In this document: positions 24,950-38,328 of the stretch, piece by piece
Numbering within the stretch: the first letter of the stretch is position 1
How the letters are laid out: the number at the start of each line of letters is the position of its first letter
Assembly: GCF_006345805.1 (NCBI RefSeq)
Contig: NC_042997.1
Location: 3,720,001-3,784,000, forward strand
Source: Octopus sinensis
Lineage: Eukaryota
DNA: 64,000 bases
Direction: 5' to 3'
The notes under the pieces: generated by a model
Told to the model about the DNA's origin: nothing
Databases searched by the model: none
What the model saw: only the letters and a program-made list of their open reading frames with translations
Translations under genes and position numbers: made by a program

Positions 24950-27020
24950 GGCATCCCCGCAGGGAAGAAACAGCCCCTTGCAAAAAACAATCTACTTCTA
25001 GTAGAACAAATGTAATTCTAAAAACAATCCAAGAGCAACGAGGATCACCTTCCGATAGACAAGATTGTAATGAAGAACTTCAAACGATATCAAAACAACT
25101 AGTACGGGGCTTCGATAGACTTTTAAAAAGTCTTACGGCATGTTGACGCATTTATAGATTTTAGAAATACTGTACATGAGTAGAATAGCCGAGAACGATT
25201 GGGCACTGATTTAGACCAGCATGCCTAGTAAGAAGACAAGTCTCCTCTATAACCACCAGCACTCAACCGAGGTAACAATCAAAAGAGAAATCGTCCAGGC
25301 AGATTCTTTTCCCCCTTATTAATTCTTATAGCTTTCATCCCAGACAACAAGCAATATGAACTGAGAAAGAATCGACCTCGGCTCAACCACTTTCTCTTCA
25401 TAGGTTATTTGTGGAAGCACTCCGTCGGTTACGACGACTAGGGTTCCGGTTGATCCGATCAACGGAACAGCTTGCTCGTGAAATTAACGTGTAAGTGGCT
25501 GAGCACTCCACAGACACGTGTACCGTTAACGTAGTTCTCGGGGATTTTCAGCGTGACACAGAGAGTGACAAGGCCGGCCCCTTGAAATACAGGTACAACA
25601 GAAACAGGAAGTAAGAGTGAGAGAAAAGTTATGGTGAAAGAGTACAACAGGGATCACCACCATCCCTGCCGGAGCCTCGTGGAGCTTTAGGTGTTTTCGC
25701 TCAATAAACACTCACAACGCCCGGTCTGGGAATCGAAACCGCGATCCTACGACCGCGAGTCCGCTGCCCTAACCACTGGGCCATTGCGCCTCCACACATA
25801 GGTTATTTAAAACTGTTCGCAAAAACACAACCTGAAATAGAAAAGCTGGTTGAGACAGTACACATGAGCAGCAAGGTCATAAGCATGGAATTTACTACAT
25901 CGAAGTGTGCGGTGCTCACTTAGAGATAGGGCAAAAGAGTAGAGTTTAAGGGTTTAGAATTGTCACACGGATAGAGAATGGATGACCCGGATGGTGATGT
26001 GTACAAGTACCTCGCGATTCTGGAGCTGGACCATATCTTGCACAGAGAAATGAAAGATCAAGTCATCACTGCATATTTGAAATGAGTGAAAGATCTCTTG
26101 AAGGTAAAACTGAACTCAAGGAACCTTTTGATTGCTATCAATATATGGGTTGTTGCGTTTGTCTACAATAGTGTACGCATCCTTAAAAGGAAACGAGCGG
26201 AGACTAACCAACTCCATCGCACTACTCGAAAGACGATGGCAATGCATGGTGCCTTCCTCCCTCAGGCGAATGTAGACAGTCCCTATATAAAGAGGTGTAA
26301 TGGTGGGTGTGGGCGGATTAGCTTACTGTTGTGTATTACCACTGACAGAAGAAACATGGCAAAATATTTGGTAAACATCAAGCAAAACCTGCTACAGTAT
26401 GCTAATAATGCAGAAGGATTTACCAAAAATGGAGTTCAGAGTGCTAATGAATTCCAGTCAGGACTAACTAACGAGAGATAAGAAACTATACTCTCCATGG
26501 AATTACATGATCAGTTACACGGTGAAACAAAAAAACAACGTAAAAGACCAGGATGTATCATTGTGGTAGCTGAGCAAGTGTGACGGAAAAGGAATACCGA
26601 AAGACTAATCACCGCAGCCCAGGCATTGTCACAAGGCCGGACGTAGTAACATTTAGGAAGGACAAAGAAGAGTCCTCAATGATCAACGTGGCAGTGCCAA
26701 TTGATCAACATATGATCATGGAAGACGGAGAAAAGATTGATAAATATGGAGACCTGAAAATTGAGAGGGAAAAATGTGACAGCTATGAGAGTGAAACATA
26801 AAGTTGGTCCCTATTGTCATCGGAGAATTGGATTCAATATCACCCAACCTGAAGAAACGTCTAGGAATATCATCTAGTGACTTTAGAAATAACTTACAAT
26901 CTAGGTATATTGGAAAAATCGGCATTACTTGGAACCGCACGCATATTGCGTAAAGTACTATCTAACTGAGGTCTTTGTTGTGACTCGACAGACAGTACAA
27001 ACCCCAGGATACTGGATACT
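24950..27020 (+). mobile_element. R4/Dong-like LINE family D, heavily degraded, interrupted by a SINE
   Basis: Fragments LAKNNLLLVEQ..DHLPIDKIVMKNFKR, (FQ)ADSFSP, NHFLFIGYLKLFAK, YKYLAIL, KLNSRNL..AIN, RPDVV..DKYGDLKIE, LLGTARILRKVL. Confidence 0.8.
25411..25796 (-). mobile_element. Intact tRNA(Arg)-like SINE with 12-bp TSD
   Basis: Minus strand head ggaggcgcaatggcccagtggttagggcagcggactcgcggtc..gtttcgattcc (A and B boxes, TCG loop); identical CATAGGTTATTT at 25399-25410 and 25797-25808. Confidence 0.93.
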
Positions 27021-27034
27021 GTGTCACGTCATAA

Positions 27035-27085
27035 AAAAATGATAATGATGATGTGATGATGATAATGATGATGATGATGATGATG

Positions 27086-27149
<64 letters not shown>

Positions 27150-27304
27150 CAATAATAATAATAATAATAATAATAAGAAGAAGAAGAAGAAGAAGAAGAA
27201 GGAGAAGAAGAAGAAGAAGAAGAAGAAGAAGAAGAAGAAGAAGAAGAAGAAGAAGAAGAAGAAGAAGAAGAAGAAGAAGAAGAAGAAGAACAACAACAAC
27301 AACA
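27035..27304. repeat. Compound microsatellite (ATG)n(AAT)n(GAA)n(CAA)n
   Basis: Direct reading. Confidence 0.95.
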
Positions 27305-27980
27305 AGAAAGCATCATAATCAGTAACCAAACAGACTGTGGAATATGTAAGTGAATTCCAGATACGACAAATTCCCGAATTAGACTACTAGAAACACGCAC
27401 AAAAATAGCTAAGCGCATACAAGCCCATGCTGAAACTGCTGCCTTAAATATTCTTACTGTTAAATGCCAACAAAAATCTCTCAATGGCAAATACCCAAAG
27501 AGAGCCAATATTGAGTACGCCCTTACCTATCAATGGTTAATGGATTCTTGCTTAACATTAGAAACAGAAGGTTTTATCATAGCAGCTCAAGATCAATGCC
27601 GACCAATAAGAGGCTACCAGGCCAACATATTAAAGTGCAGCAGCTGAACAACATGTTATGTATGTCAACAACACAATGAAACCGTTGATCATGTCTCCAA
27701 GTGCAGACTTCTTACGCCTACTGAGTATCACAACAGGCATGATAGAGCTGCACAATATATTCACTGAGTAATTTGCAAAAACCTGGACCTGCCCCATGAT
27801 AACAACTGGTGGGAACACAAACCACCTCCAGTGATTGAAAACGATCACATCTAACTCCTCTGGAACTTCCCCATTCAAACTGACAGAAAGTTAGATGCAA
27901 ATAGGCCAGACATTATATTGAAAGACGTCAGACAAAATTCATACCTTTTCATTGATATGACTGTCTCAATCGATATAAAG
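27305..27980 (+). mobile_element. Family B LINE fragment, degraded
   Basis: Colinear with ~10445-11140 (agaaagcatcata..gcagctcaagatcaatgc..gcaaataggccagac). Confidence 0.85.
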
Positions 27981-27989
27981 GGTGCTGAG

Positions 27990-28200
27990 AAAAGAGAGGA
28001 CAAGCGAAAGATCTGCTGCTAATTGATAATCTAATTATCATGAAATGCAAGAGAAGACTCACAAATCTGAGCATAGCATGGGTTGACTATCTTACAGCAT
28101 ACGGTATAATAGCACACACCTAAATAACAAAATGAAGGGAAATATATGGATCAGCAGAAAACATGAGATAATGGAAAATTGAATTCATACCAAGGACTTA
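27990..28200 (+). mobile_element. R4-like RT fragment
   Basis: KDLLLIDNLIIMKCKRRLTNLSIAWVDYLTAYGIIAHT, matching the KDQLLID..AWIDY.KAYD..PH motif. Confidence 0.7.
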
Positions 28201-28309
28201 GGTATGTCAGCTGGGACGCACTATAGTCAAATAAGAGGTCCTAACTTAGTTCAGTGGTGGTGAATAGTTGACACCGTAGCATATCTCCAGTGTGTGCAAA
28301 TGCAATAGT

Positions 28310-28386
<77 letters not shown>

Positions 28387-28560
28387 GAAGAAGAAGAGGA
28401 ATAAAAAAAATAATAATAATATAGATGTAGACGAAAAAGAAGAGAAGAGAAGAAGGACAGGAGGAGAGGGAAGAAGAAGAAGAAAAAGGAGAAGAAGAAT
28501 AAGAAAAGGAAGAAGAAGAAGAAGAAGAACAACAACAACAACAACAGCAACAACTAGTGC
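28310..28560. repeat. Compound (AAT)n/(GAA)n/(CAA)n microsatellite
   Basis: Direct reading. Confidence 0.9.
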
Positions 28561-30099
28561 TACTGCTATTACATTTCATATTTACAGTAGATAAAATATA
28601 TGTAGAGTGAAAGTAATCTATGTTTAGCCAGGAAGCAATGATTCTGGAGATTAACATTGAAATAAGATTAGAATATTTTATCTCAACTCCGGAATGGAAA
28701 ATAAGTCTCGAACACTTAAATTGAAGGATTACAGCGTAAGATTAACTAAATTTTGCAAGTAGCATCCGAACCGAATGAGACAGGTAGCAATAACCCTTCC
28801 AAAACTCAGTAGTAATCTTCAATATGATGGATATTACTGGTATAGACCAGTAATATACATCTTATTCACATGAAGTAAAGACAAAGATGAGTGAGAAAGT
28901 AGAAAGGGAATTTTATGCAGACTTGTTACCAGGAACTGGAGTTCCTTGAAAACACAGGGAGAGCACAAAGCATCTGATACCTTATAATTATCCAATTTGA
29001 ATATAGAAATGTATTTAAATAAAAGAAACATTAAAAGAAAATAATTCATTGATAAGAGCTTACTATCTCTGGGGTGTAAGTTGTGTGCAAATAGTTTGTT
29101 GAAAACGGAAAGAAAATTATGAAGTGTGTTGCGTTGAGAAATACGGTTTTTCGAAATAAAAATTTGTGTAAATAGGAACTAGATAAGTTTGAGGAGGTTA
29201 CTTATTACATTGATGAGTACAGAAGAAAATGTTTAGTTGACAGAAATATATCATGCACGGAGTAAAGTAGGCGGGTAATAATCGCTGTGCTAATGGAGAA
29301 ATAAAGAGATGAGGTCACGATTCAAAAATTATAAATATACACTCCAAATATATAGAAGTGGCAATTTCAGTCAAAGCAGTAAAGTTTGTATATTTCTAAA
29401 GTAAAATTTTCGAAAGAAAGAAAAACTATATGATACAAAATGAAAAGGAAACAAGTTCATTCAGGTACAAATATTCACAAAATGCTAAGCATACAGGTAA
29501 ACAAGTAGATACAGCGAAATATTCTACCCTCCGGAAACAGTTCGACTGACATTAAAGGAGATGGGAAATGACAAGGCGCTTCATCAGACAATGATGTTTA
29601 TTGGCTAGTGACAGAGCTAAATATGTAAATAACAATACACTTTGTATAACTATAGAACTACTTTAGAAATTTGAACAGAAATTAAGAGTTACAGTGCCTC
29701 AAATTTGCGATTGTGCGTCTTGCGTTTGCATGGTAATTTCTAACAAGGCTAAACGCAAAAAAGAAAAAAAAAGAGATAATCACATCAAGTCCGATGGACA
29801 GTGCTTTTAATATTAATGTTTCCACATGCAACACCTCATGCTGTAACATTTACTATCAGATATCTTCTGGAAAAGCAGGGAATTTGTGAATGAATCTATG
29901 AATCTATAAGATAGTCGTAAAGAATTTCTGAAAGAGATTTACAAATCCGTACACCACGTGTGGGATTATTAACAGATACATAACCGAACGTAGAATCACA
30001 CATCAGCGGTTGATAAATCAGCTCAAGGTATTGAAATCTTCAAGTTAACTACCTGCTACAAGATGCTATCAGATAATACAAAATGAACACGTGCAGTAG

Positions 30100-30800
30100 A
30101 AAGAGAAACTTTGTCCAGGTTAGAAGATACATTCAATAGGGCACTTTCGCAAATGTTGATTTTTATCTATACTGATGACTTTCGAGCTTGTAATGAAAGA
30201 TTTTCACTGGGGATGTTTAAAGAAGAATTGAATTATGTCCTGCATATGGAATACTATAGCAAAAAACCAAAATCAATTGAATCATATAAGAATATTTAGT
30301 TGAGATATTGGAATGAAATTCGGAATCGAGGAAAGTGTTATGATGGATATGAAGCATTGCAAATCATAAAATTTCAGGAATTTATCTACCTGGTAGTGAA
30401 AATATAAAGCACCTAAATGTAGAAATATTTAGGTATCTCAGCATAATGGAATTTGATAAGATATAATATACATAAAAGAACGAAAAGCCTCTCGTAAATA
30501 TACTTTCGGGAATAACAAAAACATTAAAATCCAAATTGAATGCGGAAATATCACAGAAGCAATAAACTTGAGTGCGGCAAGACAAATAATATATGTAGTA
30601 GAAATCACAGAATGAACAGATGATATCAACAGAATTGAGAGAATGTAATTCAGAGTTGAGAATACAATGCCGCTCCATTTAAATGCCAGTTTTACAGTGA
30701 ACATAAAAGAAAGACAACAATAGGAGTTTTAAATGTGACGTGTAGGTGTAAGTCAGAGGAAGTTGACTTAGGTTTTTAGATTAAGTATATTGAGAGAGAA
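30100..30800 (+). mobile_element. Ancient R4-like LINE remnant
   Basis: FIYTDDF (YMDD-like), GMKFGIE, KYLGI, KSKLNA..EAIN in the expected order with frameshifts. Confidence 0.5.
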
Positions 30801-31036
30801 TGAAGCAGTTTACGATATGTAAAGAGAAGAGAGTAAAGCTCTAAACAATAGAAGCTCCATACACTGCCTTTAAAAGAAAACACAAACGCTAAGGAATGAC
30901 AAGGAGAACCGTCCTGTGGGTTAATTAAGTAGTGAAGGATAATAGTGTGCATCATACTATCAAGACAGTAACAGGCCTTAATAAGTAATGGATGAAGGCA
31001 ACGATAAATAAACATGTTCATATAAGTATAACTCAC

Positions 31037-31187
31037 GTGTTCTCTGAATGATCACAGTTGACTTAATACGGATACGAACGTTTTTGCATGTCTAGCTGAA
31101 AAGGATTACACTGCATTGATATACAGATTTGTCAAATGCTGGAACAAATGCGTCAACATGGTTACGATACTGCCTATATCTCTGGAA
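31037..31187 (-). pseudogene. Possible decayed EGF-like exon
   Basis: Acceptor tttcacAG, donor CAC/GTGAGT; fragments PC*RICSSI*QICISMQCNP, TCKN, NCDH; no open frame. Confidence 0.35.
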
Positions 31188-32229
31188 CTGTGAAACATAA
31201 TTTTAAAATAAATCGGGAAAATCTAAATGTTTGTCTGTGCACGGATGAAGAAAGAAGAAACCGAACTGCCTCACTTTGTATACCACACATTCAGGACCTA
31301 AAGCATGTATAATTAAAACGGTTGGGATCCACAACATTTTGTCTGCACAATATTATTATTTTTTTTATTGCGAGTAACGATTAATTAATACTATATCTGA
31401 TAAGATTATCTCTATACACTTCCTTTATAATTAAGTACTGAAACTGCAAGTAATAGCGTTTCGTAAACGAGTACGTTTGCGCAAGCCATGTGATCGGATA
31501 CAGAAAACAATAGGGAAACGATATATATATACATTTTTTTCTGAGTTGTTGCACTTTCATCTGCACCGAATGCAACCAATGAAATATCCTCGAACATATT
31601 GCTTGAATACCCATTACTTTTAGCGGTCTAACACACATTGGTACAAACTTTAAATAGAAAATATATTCGTGGAAACTGGTACATCCATATTAGTGACTAG
31701 CAAGAACAACGTATTTCGTTTTGCAAACATAATACGATATGAATTATATTATAGATTTACGGGTCAACGTTCGGTTTCATCTTGTACTAGCAGTGAGATA
31801 TTCTCAATTTTACGTCTATCTTTATATATTGTCTATGGGATTCAGATGTAGAACAGCATGTTGCGACATTTCGTAGGCAGATACGTTTATGTCAACAATG
31901 TGATCGCATACAGAAATAAAGGTAATAGGTGTGTATGTATATTTCAAGAGTCATTGCTACTTCATTAGTACCACTTCCAAGACATCAAATATCCACAAAC
32001 ACATTTTGCTTAAATACCTGTTAGTTCTAGCAGTGTAACCTCATTGGATACACACCATCTACTATCAGCGAGCACAACGTAAGAAATATATATTATGATT
32101 GCACAAGGGAATCCTGCTTACTTGTGAGAAAATATTGTGAGTAATGTGATCCTCGATTATGCGCAAATATGCATGTTTATGTAGGGTGAGAGAATCCCTT
32201 ATACGTTATCATTAGATTGAACCGAACCC

Positions 32230-32402
32230 ATTCAATTTAATCGATTACTTTTTTGGAGGCAGAAGTTATCAGACAAATTCCAAGTTGGATAGCATTTGGA
32301 ATTTGAAAATATGCAGACAGTAGAATAACATGAACCCATTTAGTTTGAAATGGTACAGTTTTGGTTATATTGCCAATAACACTGACATCCAGCTGTGCAA
32401 TG
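32230..32402 (-). pseudogene. Possible decayed EGF-like exon
   Basis: After aattctAG one frame reads HCTAGCQCYWQYNQNCTISN*MGSCYSTVCIFSNSKCYPTWNLSDNFCL (8 Cys, one stop). Confidence 0.4.
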
Positions 32403-35400
32403 CTAGAATTATTGAAGTATAGTCATTAAAATTATTTTATCAATATATACTAACATCAAGTTATTTTTGACTCTGAAAGGATTATACTAAGTAGCGATGG
32501 TGAGTGACTACAAAATTATTTTATATATAGCTAAAAGAAAATAGAGAATACATTTGAGTAACTACAAATATCTTGCATATGTAACGGAAAAAAAAAAGAA
32601 AATACATACCTGACATATATGACAAGCAAAGCACAATCTATTAGAATCTATCTTCAAGAAAATAGACATCGAATATCTTAAATCAGAATGTGTTGGTGCG
32701 AAACCAACATCAATGCATAAACACAATTACATCGTGTATTTGTCATGATTACACTTTTCATTGTATGTTCTCATTATAGTATGATAATGTATGTTCATAT
32801 GGATGAGTGTCACGTATTCATTTAAGTTATCTTATGTATATAAAAGCACACGAACCCATACTCTTCAGTGCTAATACACGCATGCAGACGTCATTAATAC
32901 TGGAAGAATTAAAAATGCAAGCCATTATAGGCAAGTATAGTTTTGTTAAATCGAATCTTTTCAATCAGCAAATATTATACAAAAGACCAATTTGTGTTAA
33001 CGAAAAATAATAAGGCGAATATTTGTGAGTGAATATGTAATGTCACAAATGACCTCTTGAGGATTCTTTATATAATTTAATATTTTCTCGAAAGACCTGA
33101 TGCTACGAAAACTGGAAAAAACAATCCATTAACGATATAATTATTATCTCGACATTTCACGAATAAGTATATAATTATTTGATGATAGAAAACTGAAAAA
33201 CAACAAGTGCATACAACAAAAAAGTGTTCTTGATATCTCTTCTAAAATTGACATCTTTCAGGATGTCGATTATTGATGGTGTTCTTTATTTTCTTGAGTG
33301 TGCAGGCTGTTCATTTCTAATATCTCTATGTTGATCGATTAACTGTAAGGCCAATGGACGGGATATTCAGTTTCTAGAGTCTCTTTTTGCAATATTTCCA
33401 AAGCATTGTAATGTTATTGTTCAATAATTTTCTTATATACTCACGCTTTCTTTAACAGAATGCATTGTGTTTGTGGCGATGTTGTCGTCAACGGCGTTGT
33501 TTACCTATTTGTGCTAAATTTTGCGAGCTCTGTTTTCTATATACATCCTGCTTCTGAGCAGATTGTACGTAAGTGAACATTAATGATATTCTTACGCAGA
33601 GATTATTTTAAAATATGTAGGATAGTTATTCAATAAATTGTTATCTGTGTCTTTTTTCTATTAAGTGCGCGATTTAATGTAGTTTGTTATCAATATTATT
33701 TGTTTAGATTGATGCATGACTTTTCCATATCAGAAATATTCTGTGCCTTATGTCTACTGAGCACCTCCCGAATAACTGAATCTGAATATGTATTAGTGTG
33801 CGTACAGCATCAAAATCGAGCCATTTAAGTAATCGCATGCGATAGTACTAACATTGAGGTTCCTATTTTCGAAATCCATTGCTTTTCATTCGTATAATTT
33901 TACCTAGCAAATCACAATTTAACTGTTAACCACAAAACTTATGTAAACATTTGATCACGCGTACAAATGCCATCAACCGCATTCGTATCATTAACATCGG
34001 AAGCAATTTCTCGCAGTTCTCTCATAGAACAAGGAATTCAAACCGATGAGGATCATCTATAAATTTGCCGTTTAAATAAGTACTTAACATGAGGTGTAAA
34101 AATAATATACTTTCTAATAAATATTAAATGATAATAGAAGTTGCAAAATTGTGAGAATACTCTGGTGTTATATTTAAGTAATTTCGTTTCATTCATAATA
34201 GTCTATTAGTTGAAAACAGATTTTTTGTACTCGCGAGTTTAGGTGGTGACTGTCACAAACAAAACATTTTCTGGAGTGGTTATTTAACTCTGCACGATTC
34301 TGGAAGCATGTGAAACCAGGCACTGATAATCCCATAATTTAATCATAGGAACCTGTTTAAAAATTAAACTGTTCTTAAAATTATGTCAAAATATAATTTT
34401 AAAAAATAGTTTTGTAAACTTCGTACATCGAGAAGCAACAAAATTTATTTGGAAACTCTCACTAATAAAAACGGAAACAGAATAAATTAAAATCTGCAGA
34501 ATATGAACTCATTCATAAAATAAGCCATATCTAAAGGCAGATGACACTTACAATCATAGACATAAATATCTAAACGTATGGTACGGCAGATTTTTGTATC
34601 ATAGATTTATATTAAAAGCTATGGCCACTCAGATTTTTATATCATTCGCCAAATATAAATATGAAAAGAGAAATCATCATATCAATCTATATAAAATATT
34701 AAAATATTCAAATGAAGAAAATATGACAATTAGCATTTAACAAACTAAATATACAGATTTATAAATAAAACACAGAAAAAAGATAATGTTTGAAATAAAT
34801 ATGGTTAAATAAAAAACTTTCACTCAAAGTACTTAGAATTAGTTGAAGTTATATTTGTAAATGTTTCTATAAAAATCCGCTTCATATGTAAAAACAAATG
34901 TTGCATAAATGAATCTGAGATTTCCTAATTTCACTCGAGAACCCAGTCCCGCATATGCGATTTGCCTCCTCCCTCGGGATCCATTACCGTCTTTACAACA
35001 ATCCAGTTGCTAATTTAGTAGTTGTTCGTAATATTTATCAGAATTTTGTGAATGCTTCAGGACGTGGTGACGAAAGATCAGATTTTGCTAAATACCGACC
35101 TTAAATTTGACTGATGGCAGTCATATATAAAGAATTGTTTAAAATTCTATACACACACATTTGCTCTGTTTTCCTCTTCTCTTTTTGATTTCTCATTTTA
35201 AGTCACATTGTTCTCTTTCCTAACCAATTTACTTGAAGCGTGAATATATTTTAAATTTCCTGAAATTATTACCCATTATTTTGCAGCGTTTAAAATTTTT
35301 GGTGCTGTTTATCTTTTCTTTCTTTTGATTTCGGTATATGTCCGTGAACAAAATTTGAGTAAATTATTATTTTATCGTGTACACATCCGATAGTTTCTAT

Positions 35401-35929
35401 CTCTCTCTCTATCTCTCTCTTTCTCTTTCTCTCTCCCTCTAATATTGCAATTAAACTTCTTGCCATTGGCAATTTTTAGTAATTTTCTGTTAACTCCTAT
35501 TAGATTTAATTAAGCAAATTTCCTGCAGCAACAAATTACTAAACACACTTGTATACTTTAGATTGTCAAACATTTCATAGAACGCAAGTAAACACCATGC
35601 TAATGAGATGAGATTTACTCAAGCATAAAAACTTTCCATTAGATATCACACGACTCAGAGTGCCTTTTTTCCTGAGGCATGTTAATTTAGATATCAATAT
35701 AACAACAATATCTTGAAGACATCAACCTTTCCCATTCAGCGTTGCTAAAATATGCCTTAAGGTATGACCTTTCCTTTCAAGGCTATAATAATATATTAAT
35801 ATACATACAATACGTACATACATGCATACATACATACATACACACATACATACATACATGTCTACATACATACGTCTATCACTGTGTATTCGTGTGTGCG
35901 TGTGCGTGCACGAAGCCTGTACAAATAAT

Positions 35930-36100
35930 GCAAGCGTTTTCAAATTATGGTATTGCTTTTTACAGAAAAGTTGTTGCCTTCAAAATATTTCACTTGAATG
36001 ATGCTACACATGTATCAAGGTTTATACCAGATTGGAATTTCATTCTACAATGTTCCCATGGCCACTTTATTTCCACTATTTTTCATGCTTGAAGATAGAC
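35930..36100 (-). pseudogene. Possible decayed EGF-like exon
   Basis: KWPWEHCRMKFQSGINLDTCVAS and YFEGNN after an actacAG acceptor-like site. Confidence 0.25.
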
Positions 36101-36267
36101 TGTAGTTTATCTAAACTCTTGAGTATTAGGGCGACAGGAGGAGATTTATCTTGCAGTTTGCTAAAATGTATATGATGTAATTCTTGAAATTATCAAGCAA
36201 TATATAAGCTGCCTTTGTCCGTGTTTCTGGCTCCATTCTTCATCTTCATGCAGATTTTGTTCACTGC

Positions 36268-36351
<84 letters not shown>

Positions 36352-36435
36352 CTCTATCTATATATATATATATATCTACCTATCTATCTTTCTTTCTTTC
36401 TTTCTGTTTTTTTTTCTCTCTCTCTCTCTCTCTGT
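36268..36435. repeat. (TATC)n / (TA)n / (TC)n compound microsatellite
   Basis: Direct reading. Confidence 0.95.
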
Positions 36436-36463
36436 AGATATATATATGCATATAAAGAAAAAA

Positions 36464-36613
36464 GCAACAAATATCTAACAAATTATAGAATTTTCTCAAT
36501 AAAGCCATGAAAAAAGATGTTTTATAAACACATTCTACCAGTATACGAAGTTTAATTTTTTTTTACTTACCTAGAAATTATGTTAAAAACTGCCGTTCAA
36601 ACCGAAAAGATCC
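36464..36613 (+). mobile_element. Right-end fragment of the MITE found at 37888-38328
   Basis: Near-identical to ~38180-38328, ending aaaactgccgttcaaaccgaaaagatcc. Confidence 0.85.
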
Positions 36614-36672
36614 GCGTTTTCCCCTTGTGGGGAAACCTACAAAGAAAAGGAAAAAAAGATTATTACTAAAAC

Positions 36673-37689
36673 ATGGAGACATCACCAACCAAGGCTAAAT
36701 GTTCTAATCATGGACCAAGTACTACGAATTACGAACCAAGTACCACTACAACTATTCTTTCTACAGAATTAAGGAGTATGCCCACAGCGGAAGAGTTTAT
36801 AAAAGAAATAAACTTTGCAAAATCTAATGGAACTAAGAAAAGAAACTTAGCGGAAAAGAACCGCCTCTCCCAGTGACGTCGCCCTCAAAGCAAAGCTTAG
36901 CACTGCTTAGCCCTGTTATTTACAAGACATTTATCATAAATTCGAAAAAAACTGGACATAGCTGCCAAAGATGAAGTGGATAGCTGTCTAAGACCCGTTT
37001 GCGATGACATACAGGCCTCTCTAAAGTGCTAGAGAACATACTTAACAACATTTGGATAGACCAAGACAGAAATTTGAGTTTGTTAGTGGAGGGCAGGAAA
37101 CCACGATGTTTCAAGTGTGGTCAGAATGTCCATATTAGAGGCTGTTCTCCACTGCAAGCAGTAACACCACTGAATGGCCCTGCTGAATAAGCAACTTCGC
37201 CTCCACTAACTGAAGAGAAAAGGTGGAGAAACAATAGACCGAGAATGCAATTTTCGATGGTGAGAGGAGGTAAAAGAAGAGGAAAAGTTCACTACACAAG
37301 TACCCCAGTCCCTACACATCCACCTCTACAGTCCTTCCAATCCCTTCTTTACATAGCCTACCCAAAGTAGACAGCAATCTCCTTTCCACTCCACCCACTG
37401 TTAATTCCAAACTTGCCCCCACAGAAACACATGCAAATACGGCACTTATTAATCCCCACAAAAACCACCCCGACGGAAAAAGTGACAAACCTTGACGTAC
37501 GAGTCGAGAAATAGCAAAGTGGTAAGAGAAATTAATAAATTCAAATCTAACATAAAGGTTAATTTAGAGGACATGAAATATGTGCTGGTGCATAAGAGTG
37601 ATTTCGAACGACTAAGACAAAAACTCGGGCCGGATATTGCGGAGCTAAACAGAGAGGTGCGCACAGATGCATTGCCTCCCGAAGATTAG
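36673..37689 (+). mobile_element. Degraded gag/ORF1-like sequence with zinc-knuckle remnant
   Basis: ORF pieces 36673-36876 and 37492-37689; LVEGRKPRCFKCGQNVHIRGC at ~37080-37145 resembles the CX2CX4HX4C knuckle of LINE ORF1. No adjacent ORF2 seen. Confidence 0.55.
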
Positions 37690-37887
37690 TATAGCGACAT
37701 TTGGGAGTACGTGGTTCGGTTGGTTTTTGATATGCTTTCGAATTTGGAACATTCTAAGTAATTAAAGGTTCAGTGCGACTGTTCAGGAGTGGACTTCGAG
37801 TAGTCGTCATTCTATCATTTAATTTTTTTCCTATTTTCCTTTTTATACGATTTTATTCTCCCGGCTTCTATGTTTTGTATATCTTTG

Positions 37888-38328
37888 GGATCTTTTCAGT
37901 TTGAACGGCAGTTTTTTCTAGCGGTGTCATATGAAATTGTCACCCATAATTATGAGCCGAGTATCGATCTATTGCATTTCAATCTGTTTTAGGGTTAGGG
38001 TTGGTTAGGGTTAGTTAGGGTAATGGTTAGGGCTGGAGGGAAGGGTATTTGTTTTCTTCATAAATGTAAATAAATCCAATCTGTTTCTTAAACGAGGGAC
38101 ATATTCATACGGCACATAATATTTTTACCTCAATGGACGTCATCTATTAGTTGAAATTGCAGAAATTGAAGAAAAAAAACCAACAAACATCTTACAGACT
38201 ATAAAATTTTCTCAATAAAGACAGGAGAAAAATATGTTTTATAAACACATTCTACCAGTATACGAAGTTCAAATTTTTTTAGTTACCTAGAAATTATGTT
38301 AAAACTGCCGTTCAAACCGAAAAGATCC
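37888..38328. mobile_element. 441-bp MITE with ~28-bp TIRs, 8-bp TSD and internal TTAGGG repeats
   Basis: TIR ggatcttttc(a/g)gtttgaacggcagtttt; flanks TATCTTTG (37880-37887) and TATCCTTG (38329-38336); TTAGGG-like run at 37989-38032. Confidence 0.88.

Noticed and set aside
37989-38032. True telomere or chromosome fusion scar
   Set aside because: Only ~45 bp, degenerate, single orientation and internal to a TIR element.
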